A DNA stretch of 64,000 nucleotides from an uncultured cyanobacterium. GTDB taxonomy: Bacteria; Cyanobacteriota; Cyanobacteriia; PCC-9006; JAAUQQ01. Position 1 is the stretch's first letter, and each line of letters begins with the position of its first letter. This document shows, piece after piece, positions 34,207 to 42,082 of this stretch. The translations under genes were made by a program, and so were the position numbers. The notes beneath the pieces are model-generated. The model was not told the origin of the DNA, did no database searches, and worked only from the letters and a program-made list of their open reading frames with translations. The DNA lies in assembly GCA_963718615.1 (NCBI GenBank), contig OY970368.1:5952001-6016000 (forward strand), read 5' to 3'.

Positions 34207-34530
34207 ATGCCAGAAACCACTGTTCAACCGACGGATCACAAATACATCACGCTTAGGGAAAATGGTGTTCCCTATATCACCGGAACAACCATGAAGGTGG
34301 TTGAGTTGGTGACTTCCCATCTGACCTATGGTTGGAGTCCCGCAGAATTGCATTTTCAGTATCCTCATGTCACCATGAGCCAGATTCATTCCGCTTTATC
34401 CTACTATTGGGATCACAAAGCTGAAATTGATGCGGATATCGATCGGCGGCTTGCATTAGCCCAGCAACAAAAAGCTGCTGCTCCTGATTCTCCTATCCTG
34501 GCAAAACTTCAGGCTAAAGGATTGCGTTGA
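34207..34530 (+). CDS. DUF433 family antitoxin
   Basis: GVPYITGT, QIHSALSYY. Confidence 0.88.
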   Translation: MPETTVQPTDHKYITLRENGVPYITGTTMKVVELVTSHLTYGWSPAELHFQYPHVTMSQIHSALSYYWDHKAEIDADIDRRLALAQQQKAAAPDSPILAKLQAKGLR

Positions 34531-34877
34531 TGACGATTCGGTATTACATGGATGAGCAGGTACCGCGTCAAATTACGATCGGTTTACTGCTAAGAAATGT
34601 GGATGTGTTGACGGTACAGGAAGATGGTCGAGCTGGTTTAGATGATCCTGATGTGTTGGTTAGGGCGATTGAATTGCAGCGAGTTCTATTTACAAGGGAT
34701 GATGATTTTCTTGCGATCGCCAATGATTATTTTCAGGCAGGAAAGGACTTTACAGGAATCATTTATGCTCATCAGCAACTTGCCAGTATCGGTGACTGTG
34801 TTCGTGATTTGGGGGTAATTGCAGAGGCTTGTGAAATGTCGGATTTTGTCAATCATATTGAGTATTTACCATTATAG
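34530..34877 (+). CDS. DUF5615 PIN-like toxin
   Basis: YMDEQV, DPDVL, LFTRDDDF; TGATG coupling to DUF433 gene. Confidence 0.88.
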   Translation: MTIRYYMDEQVPRQITIGLLLRNVDVLTVQEDGRAGLDDPDVLVRAIELQRVLFTRDDDFLAIANDYFQAGKDFTGIIYAHQQLASIGDCVRDLGVIAEACEMSDFVNHIEYLPL

Positions 34878-35015
34878 TTGCAGTTGCCGTCTATCCCTCC
34901 CTAGGGCGATGAGCGTGGCAGAGCGGTCAGTTACATGTACGGATTGGGATCAAAACCTTAAACTCTTCTTTAAGTGTTTTTGCCCAGATGTGTTGTCTCT
35001 GGGGATATTAGCGGT

Positions 35016-35204
35016 ATGACGTTGGATTGTTTGGCTGATATTCAAGGGATATTGACTGGTCTCTATGAGCAACTGAAGTGTCGGAATGTGCCGGAACGTG
35101 AGGCAGAGACTGTCGTGGCGGATCTGGTGGAGGAGCTGGAGATTTTCCAGCCTAGAGTGGAGCCTGAAGAGGAGAAGGCACTGCTTGATCTTCCCCCGAA
35201 GTAG
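35016..35204 (+). CDS. Small acidic hypothetical ORF or fragment
   Basis: 62-aa ORF with helical character, no recognised family. Confidence 0.3.
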   Translation: MTLDCLADIQGILTGLYEQLKCRNVPEREAETVVADLVEELEIFQPRVEPEEEKALLDLPPK

Positions 35205-35448
35205 CGAGATTTTGCAATGCCGATGGTGGGTTTATCGAGCAGCAGCCCGATTGGAGATGATGTTTGTGCGGTGAGCTGAACAACCTTCCAAAGCAAGCCT
35301 CTCCTGTTTTCGTTGAATTGCTGGTACGAGTGAGGTTAATGAATCTCAAGCTGTGGGAAGTATAATAAGAGACCTGCTAAATTTCTCTATTTGGTGTCGT
35401 TCTCAATGGTTACATTAAGTTGCCTTACATTGCTGCGAGGGAACAAGA

Positions 35449-35841
35449 TTGAAACAAATGAAGCTTTTAGGGTGGCTTATCTTAAGCCTAGGTTTGGGTA
35501 AGGGGCTTGACGTTCTGTTCACCCCTTCCGAACTTTCTGTTGCGATGGTCATCTATATAATACCACTGATATTGCTGGGCATTCAGCGGGAAAAGGTGAT
35601 GACGAGAAAGACGTTAGAACTGTGTGGCCATCGAATTAAAGTTGAATGGATGACCCATGAATGGATGACTTTTTGGGGGATTCGCTTAGGAGAGAGCCGA
35701 GAAGTTGAACGGAAGGTGGAGTGGCTCCCTGACACAGAGCTACAGAAGTTGACAACCGAAACAGTATGGCTTCTTGTTCAGACATTGCCAGTGATTTGGC
35801 CTAATGTACTTCCACGGGCCTTGAGAAGGCTGATCTCATGA
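35449..35841 (+). CDS. Hypothetical membrane protein (cassette gene 1)
   Basis: Two N-terminal hydrophobic segments; ATGA overlap with next gene. Confidence 0.7.
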   Translation: MKQMKLLGWLILSLGLGKGLDVLFTPSELSVAMVIYIIPLILLGIQREKVMTRKTLELCGHRIKVEWMTHEWMTFWGIRLGESREVERKVEWLPDTELQKLTTETVWLLVQTLPVIWPNVLPRALRRLIS

Positions 35842-36383
35842 AGAACAGTAATTTTTCTCTTAAGAAAATTGAACTCAGTAATATTTCGTTTTCTAAGATT
35901 TTTGCTTTAAGTAAGATTCAGTACAAAAACATAAATATTCGGCGAGAACGCCTATTCCCTTTCATTCTTAGTTTTTTGCTGGTGTCAGGGATTGTTGTGA
36001 GTGGCTGGACTCTGAAAATTTACACTGACCGCTCAGGCCCAATCATAGACCCCCCTGATAGATCGATAATAGATAAAAATAAACCTGGGGATGTAGATCG
36101 GGATGGATCAGAGAAGGGTAACACTGGAACGCGGGGAGATTATGGTGACTATCATCGTCCATGTCAAAAGCCTTCAAAAATTCAATTTGATCATGATCCA
36201 ACGATTAAGGAGCGTGCTCGGAGAGGTCTCAATCAATTGGAACAGTATCCAGATATTGTAGGTGTGGCCGGAGGTGCGATCGCGGGTTCGCTCTTAGCTC
36301 TCACAGCTGCACCTGGCATCGCACTGGCAGCACTTGGCGTTGTAACTTGGCTCTTTATAAGAGGCGCTTTAGGCGCTTGCTAA
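35838..36383 (+). CDS. Hypothetical membrane protein with C-terminal Gly/Ala hydrophobic hairpin (gene 2)
   Basis: One TM plus GVAGGAIAGSLLALTAAPGIALAALGVVTW. Confidence 0.72.
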   Translation: MKNSNFSLKKIELSNISFSKIFALSKIQYKNINIRRERLFPFILSFLLVSGIVVSGWTLKIYTDRSGPIIDPPDRSIIDKNKPGDVDRDGSEKGNTGTRGDYGDYHRPCQKPSKIQFDHDPTIKERARRGLNQLEQYPDIVGVAGGAIAGSLLALTAAPGIALAALGVVTWLFIRGALGAC

Positions 36384-36445
36384 CAGCATGTCTCAACAAA
36401 ATTATCTTGGTTTATCAACTCAATCTAATTGCGAGTAACCACATA

Positions 36446-36874
36446 ATGAAATTGTTTAAACCTAAGACCAGTAAAGACCCCGAAGAATCGCTAATAAAAA
36501 CAGAATCTTCGGCCATGGGAAATGTAGTCACTGACATAAACCCCCGTGAACTTTTAAGGTCAGAGGAGCCTGAAAACCCAGCTTCATTCAGCTTGGTTGC
36601 AGGCGGTAGGAACTTGATTATTTTAGTTGTCGGTGGATGTGTTGCTATTGCTGTCATGATGGCGCTTTCTGGTGATACCTGTTTATTCAGTATCGGATGT
36701 GGTCATGGGACCGGCGGACTTCCAAGTTCCCATGGGATTGCAGCTGATTTCTGGGGAGTCATTCTTGCACTAGGATTTTTTGCCATTAGCGGAACCCTCG
36801 GCTTACCGGCGATACCTGCATTAGCAATTAGTATGGGGCTGTGGGCTCTCATAAAAGCAACTTTTGCACTCTAG
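36446..36874 (+). CDS. Hypothetical three-TM membrane protein (gene 3)
   Basis: Hydrophobic helices, CLFSIGC loop; ATG 36446. Confidence 0.72.
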   Translation: MKLFKPKTSKDPEESLIKTESSAMGNVVTDINPRELLRSEEPENPASFSLVAGGRNLIILVVGGCVAIAVMMALSGDTCLFSIGCGHGTGGLPSSHGIAADFWGVILALGFFAISGTLGLPAIPALAISMGLWALIKATFAL

Positions 36875-36889
36875 TTTTACCTTTATTTT

Positions 36890-38416
36890 ATGCAAGCTCT
36901 AGCCATGCCTATCATTGAAATTCAACAAGTTTCCAAGTCTTTGGGGGCTTTTTTGAACCCGCAAGAAATTCTTCGTGATATCAGTCTCACGCTTAACGCT
37001 GGCGAATTCGTCGTTCTCTCGGGTGAGAATGGCGCTGGTAAAAGTACGCTGATCAATCTTATTCTCGGCCTTTCAATCCCTCAAGAAGGAACTATTAAGT
37101 TGATGGGTCACTCTCCACAGAACCCTCAGGCTAAAACTGAATTAGGTGTTTTCTTTCAAGATTCTACATTCCCAAGAAACTTGAAGGTTCGAGAAGTCAT
37201 TGAACTGATTTCTAGTTATCACGCGACCCCTATGACAATGCCTCAGGTGGTCAAGAAATTCTCGATTCAAGATCTACTAGATCGCCCCGCCACTGAGCTT
37301 TCTGGAGGGCAGAAGAAATGGCTCCGCCTAGTCTTAGCTTTCGTGGGACAGCCTCAGCTTTTGATTCTGGATGAGCCTACCAGTGATATTGATGCGACTC
37401 GATACCAAGAATTCTGGCAGCATCTAACTGAATTTCATCAGCAAGGTGGCACTATTTTGATCGTGACCCATCGTCCAGAAGATTGGGTACAGCTTGAAAA
37501 GATCGCGACCCGCTCGATTCAACTCCAACGATTGACACCTGCTCTAATTGGGTCGCAGCTTAATGACGATGGGCGAATCCAGCGAGAATCCAGCATCGTC
37601 GAGCAAATCGATTCTGCTTCGCTTTTTACTAAACGCTCAGATTCTACTGTACAGAAACAGGCATTACTGAAAGAGCAGCCTCGCAGAGTTGACACTTTTG
37701 ATTCGATCGTAACTCAGTGCCGTATGGAGGTACTTCAGCTTCTGCGTACTCCAGTTTCTCTGGTCAGCACGCTGATTCTAATTGGCAGCGCTAGTAAACT
37801 GCCCCATACGGATAGCCAAGCCTATAGTCAATTTTTCATCGCTATCAGCACAATGCTTCTATTGATGCTTTGCTTAGATATTCTAGGGAAAAATGTCTCA
37901 CTTGAGCGACTAGAGCAGTGGTTCAAATTTGTTCGTACCACGCCACTCCCTTTAATGTCTTATCTTGCGGCTAAAGTCATCACTGCTTTTGGGATTGCGT
38001 CATTGAGTCTTGCAAGCATGTTTGCAGTTGCTAGATTCTTTGGGTACTTGCCAAAGGACTTCTCGGTATTACCGGTAGTGCTGAATCAGTTGATTTTTCT
38101 CTTTCCTTTCGCTGTATTGACATTGTGCCTGAGTTATTTGATCAATCCGAAAGGATATGACTCAGTCTCCAAGCTTCTGTTCCTGGGGGTGGCTGTTCCC
38201 TCAGCCTTGCCAGCAATGGGAATATCGCTGCCCAGTAAGCTGGAAACGGCTATTCATTTTTCGCCGTTTTATCACTATTTTCAATTAATCCGGGAATCAG
38301 CAAGCTTGTCTTTTGATCATCATCATTTTCTTCATGCTGCTTGGATGGTTTGGTGTGCGATCGCGTTCAGCTTGCTCGCTGTCTGGTCTTGTCAGCGCGA
38401 ACAGAAGACTGCGTAA
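36890..38416 (+). CDS. Fused ABC transporter (ATPase plus ABC-2-like permease)
   Basis: GENGAGKS, LSGGQ, LDEP, VTH; about 6 C-terminal TM helices. Confidence 0.88.
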   Translation: MQALAMPIIEIQQVSKSLGAFLNPQEILRDISLTLNAGEFVVLSGENGAGKSTLINLILGLSIPQEGTIKLMGHSPQNPQAKTELGVFFQDSTFPRNLKVREVIELISSYHATPMTMPQVVKKFSIQDLLDRPATELSGGQKKWLRLVLAFVGQPQLLILDEPTSDIDATRYQEFWQHLTEFHQQGGTILIVTHRPEDWVQLEKIATRSIQLQRLTPALIGSQLNDDGRIQRESSIVEQIDSASLFTKRSDSTVQKQALLKEQPRRVDTFDSIVTQCRMEVLQLLRTPVSLVSTLILIGSASKLPHTDSQAYSQFFIAISTMLLLMLCLDILGKNVSLERLEQWFKFVRTTPLPLMSYLAAKVITAFGIASLSLASMFAVARFFGYLPKDFSVLPVVLNQLIFLFPFAVLTLCLSYLINPKGYDSVSKLLFLGVAVPSALPAMGISLPSKLETAIHFSPFYHYFQLIRESASLSFDHHHFLHAAWMVWCAIAFSLLAVWSCQREQKTA

Positions 38417-38454
38417 TGAATTTCTAGCCTGGGGTTTGAACCTTAGGCGGTTGT

Positions 38455-38627
38455 CGCAATCGCTCAAGCGTGCCGATGGCACCACCGCCGCTCAGCGATT
38501 GTTCGGACAGCCTTTCCCTGACCTCTTTGAATGGATACTTGAACAATCCTCTGAGCTTCCACTCCCTCGACAGTCTCATAAATCACAACAGCCTCAACCT
38601 TCGCTGGCTCTAACTTTCCCGGCTTAA
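38455..38627 (+). mobile_element. 3' remnant of a DUF6399-type putative transposase
   Basis: LKRADGTTAAQRLFGQPFPDLFEWIL...LPLPR C-terminal motif; no N-terminus. Confidence 0.65.
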
Positions 38628-38641
38628 GTTACTACCCAATA

Positions 38642-39030
38642 GATCTAGCGAATCTGGATAAGGCTGACTTTTCTCAACTATTTAGATGCTGTCCGAAATA
38701 TTCAGGATGATGACTCTAAAGCCGAAGTATTAATGGAGCTAGCGAAGCTGGATAAGGCTGATTTTTCAGACATCCTGCAATTTATGGCCAAAAGCTCCCA
38801 ACAATCCGCAGTCGCATCCGCCCTCAGCCAAGCCCTTTCTGATTTCCCCTTTCAACCCCTCCCCCCTCCAAGACTGGCAAACCAGCCTCCACATCCTCGC
38901 CCACAACCAACGCGCCGATCTCATGCAAACCCTCCTCGTCCTCCTTCCCACCCTCACCCAACTCGGTGGCCCCACCGCAGGCCGAGCCATGACCCAAGCC
39001 CTCCAAACCATCTGCCAGCAGTGGCCCTAG
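38642..39030 (+). pseudogene. Frameshifted 3' fragment of a helical-repeat (NTPase-associated type) protein
   Basis: LA(N/K)LDKADFS repeat at 94-bp spacing; after a frameshift reads LHILAHNQRADLMQ...LGG...QQWP*. Confidence 0.6.
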
Positions 39031-39224
39031 GGGAAAATCGGACGTGTGAACGCGGAACACTGAAAAGAAGAACCATCGTCCCTCAACTAGAGAAGAAAGA
39101 AAAATATAGTACAAAAAGACTGCTGCATGGGATGGCGATCGAGTAGAAAAGGATATATTAAACTGGAGCTACCCAGACGAGGCACCGGATCATAAGCATT
39201 CAAGAACTCGAAGCCCAACTGCTC

Positions 39225-39383
39225 AATGAATTGATCGCCAAACAACCCAAACCAGCAGTACTCGATTGGCTCAATACTCAACCCAATCAGGATTTGTATC
39301 TATAGGGGGCTTTTACGCGGGTTACCCGGAATGAGAAAGATTTTGCTGGAACAGGTTTGACCATCCTCAATCCATGGACTTAA
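39225..39383 (+). pseudogene. Internally deleted VapC/PIN toxin
   Basis: ELIAKQPKPAVLDWL...LYL* joined to VTRNEKDFAGTGLTILNPW*. Confidence 0.7.
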
Positions 39384-39610
39384 ATCCAGCAGTCTCTCGC
39401 CAACCTTTCCTACACCAACTGGCAATCTCCCTGCACCTACTCGCCCACTGCAAACGCGCCGACCTCATGCAAGAGGTTTCATGGATAAATCGTCACCCGC
39501 AACCCAACCCCCAACGCCGCCATCCGCCCCAACAACGCCGCCGCCAGCTCCCGCAAATCCACCGCCGACACCAGATCCAAATAGATAGACGTGTCTGCCT
39601 GGATGTCTGG

Positions 39611-39790
39611 TCAATGGTGGGGGAGGATCAGTATTGCTGCCTTGAGGGAGTACTCAGCCCGCTTGGCCTTAATGGTCACGACCCAAATTCGATCCTCAAA
39701 TACCAAGAGGTCAATCAACTCCCTCACCAGAAATCCTTCATCTTCGGTGATGAGTTCTACCAAAACTCTCCGCAGTGCTCCGCCTATACC
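39611..39790 (-). pseudogene. Fragment of a PD-(D/E)xK, HsdR-N-like nuclease gene
   Basis: EDEGFLVRELIDLLVFEDRIWVVTIKAKRAEYSLK; degraded motif, truncated. Confidence 0.5.
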
Positions 39791-39999
39791 CGAAGAGTTA
39801 GGGGGTGGTGAAGGGTCACTTTGAACGATTTTGAACTGATAAAATAGAGTCATGCTAAAAGGAAGTGTCCTATCAATGCATGCTCAATTCGGGGAGAGTA
39901 CATCATGGCGGCAGATGCTCCCTATCCACTTTTTGTTCACAATTTAGATCAAATACTATATCTACAATCGTGTTTAGCAGATAGCCTGGGAGGCCGTAA

Positions 40000-41337
40000 A
40001 TGAGAAGCTTGTTAATGCGTAGTCCAATTGCGATCGCTCTCTTTTGGATCGGCACCTACTTACTGGTTACCCTTCTCCCTCTCTTTATTTTGTTGATCTA
40101 TCCACCGCCAAACGCGCGAGGATTTTGGATAGAGTTTTCAGTTGCGCTGGGGTTTATCGGGTTGGCTATGATGGCCTTACAGTTTGTCTTAACGGCCCGC
40201 ATCAATCGAATCGAAGCGTCGTATGGCATCGACATTCTGCTGCAATTCCACCGTTTTACATCCCTAGTGGCGTTTTTTATGGTGTTGCTGCATCCGGTCA
40301 TGCTGTTTATCGTTCAGCCAGAAACCAGGCAGCTTTTGAATTTTCCCGCAGCCCCCTGGCGAGCAAGGCTGGCCATTTTAGGAACATTGGCCTTCATCAC
40401 CTTAGTGGTCACCACCATTTGGCGCAAGCCCTTGCGCATTCCCTACGAGCCTTGGCGTACATCTCATACGATCTTGTCAGTCTTGGCCGTGGGGCTAGGA
40501 CTGGGACATGCCCTGGGGGTTAGCTACTATCTAGCATTGTTTTGGAAAAAAATGATATGGGCAGGCATAGCCCTCATCGCCCTGTGGCTGGTGGTTTACG
40601 TGCGGATTATCAAACCCTGGATGATGACCCGCAAGCCCTATCTGGTAGAAGCCGTCACGCCACAGCGAGGCAACGTTTGGACGCTGGCCTTGCGCCCCTG
40701 GGGCCACAATGGGTTTTGCTTCCAGCCCGGTCAATTCTCTTGGCTCACGTTGGATATCACGCCCTTGAGTATGCGAGAGCATCCCTTTTCGATGTCCTCT
40801 AATGCGGATCATGCGGGTCGCGTTGAGTTTGGCATTAAGGCATTAGGAGACTTTACCGGCACTATCAAAGACATCAAACCCGGAACGAAAGCCTATTTAG
40901 ATGGCCCCTATGGTGTATTTACGATCGATCGCTATGAAGATTCAGCTGGATTTGTGCTAATTGCAGGTGGCGTTGGCATCACACCGATGATGAGTATGAT
41001 AGCAACCGCAGCCGAGCGAAAAGACGACCGTCCTTACTTGTTGATTTACGCTAGCAAAACCTGGGATGAAATTACCTTTCGTGAAGAGCTAGATGTCCTT
41101 AAGGCACAGCTAGATTTGGAGATTGTGTATGTTTTGAGAGAGCCGCCAGAGCATTGGTCGGGTGAAGAGGGATACGTTGATCAGCAGCTTTTGGCTCGCC
41201 ACATTCCAAAGCATCAGGCAACCCGGCATTATTTTATTTGTGCCGCCCCGGCGATGATGACGCAAGCGGAACGCGCTCTGCACGACTTAGGTGTACCCGT
41301 CACGCAAGTTCATATGGAACACTTTAATCTAGCCTAA
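40000..41337 (+). CDS. Ferric-reductase-like TM heme domain plus FAD/NAD(P)H oxidoreductase
   Basis: About 6 TMs with paired His; REHPFS, DGPYG, AGGVGITP. Confidence 0.88.
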   Translation: MRSLLMRSPIAIALFWIGTYLLVTLLPLFILLIYPPPNARGFWIEFSVALGFIGLAMMALQFVLTARINRIEASYGIDILLQFHRFTSLVAFFMVLLHPVMLFIVQPETRQLLNFPAAPWRARLAILGTLAFITLVVTTIWRKPLRIPYEPWRTSHTILSVLAVGLGLGHALGVSYYLALFWKKMIWAGIALIALWLVVYVRIIKPWMMTRKPYLVEAVTPQRGNVWTLALRPWGHNGFCFQPGQFSWLTLDITPLSMREHPFSMSSNADHAGRVEFGIKALGDFTGTIKDIKPGTKAYLDGPYGVFTIDRYEDSAGFVLIAGGVGITPMMSMIATAAERKDDRPYLLIYASKTWDEITFREELDVLKAQLDLEIVYVLREPPEHWSGEEGYVDQQLLARHIPKHQATRHYFICAAPAMMTQAERALHDLGVPVTQVHMEHFNLA

Positions 41338-41466
41338 ATCAACCGTTAGCTTCTGACTCACTTGTTCTTGTTGTCTGGTTGTCAAAGTCTTGCTGTTAGA
41401 ATTCAATCTTAAAATCCCAATCTTAAAATCTCGACCTTAAAATCTCAATCATAAAGGTTTCTGATT

Positions 41467-41646
41467 ATGCGATACAGCATCATGCTCCAACTCGTCGGGC
41501 TGATGACGCTAGTGCTACTGACTACTGCGGCACTTTTTGCCTGGTTACAAAATCGCTCTGTACCAAGTCCAAATGTGGATTCACACAGACGTAGCTCATT
41601 ACGAAGTGACGCTTTTCGGGCGATCGATCTCCTTAAAGACGTCTAG
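41467..41646 (+). CDS. Small single-TM protein (59 aa)
   Basis: Manual translation MRYSIMLQLVGLMTLVLLTTAALFAWLQNR...; AAAGGT RBS. Confidence 0.5.
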   Translation: MRYSIMLQLVGLMTLVLLTTAALFAWLQNRSVPSPNVDSHRRSSLRSDAFRAIDLLKDV

Positions 41647-41700
41647 GATTGTTGCGCCTGTCACTAGCGACAGACGTTGAGCGGCTAGCGCTCCTCTACT

Positions 41701-42078
41701 CTAGGCAACGCCATAATTGGTGTAGGGACGTTTGGCGGGGGGCTGGAGGCCCAAGATAATATCTTCTTTGGGGACACCCATATTCACCAACACTGCTGCT
41801 GGGTCCTGTTCGGTTTTGTTTTCTTGGAGCCAGATTTTGCTGTCTTTCACTTGCAGATGAATGATACAGCGGTAAATACGATCGAATCCGCGCCAGCCGA
41901 TGTGCCACCATTGGTAGTGGCCTTGAATGGGATCGATGACTAGGTGGGTTTCTACGTCTGCTTGAGGGCGATCGTTGGCTGCGTAGTTCCGGATGACTTG
42001 CTCGGCTAGTTTTCGGTATTGGTTGCTTTTGTGGATGCTAGTCTCTTGGGCTAGTTTGTTCTGGGTTAGGCTATCCAT
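41701..42078 (-). CDS. XisI family protein
   Basis: GW....RIY.CIIH, KIWLQEN.TE, GVPKEDIILG. Confidence 0.9.
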   Translation of the reverse strand: MDSLTQNKLAQETSIHKSNQYRKLAEQVIRNYAANDRPQADVETHLVIDPIQGHYQWWHIGWRGFDRIYRCIIHLQVKDSKIWLQENKTEQDPAAVLVNMGVPKEDIILGLQPPAKRPYTNYGVA

Positions 42079-42082
42079 TTCT

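Noticed and set aside
34207-34877. DUF433/DUF5615 pair as a new system
   Set aside because: Well-known and abundant toxin-antitoxin pair.
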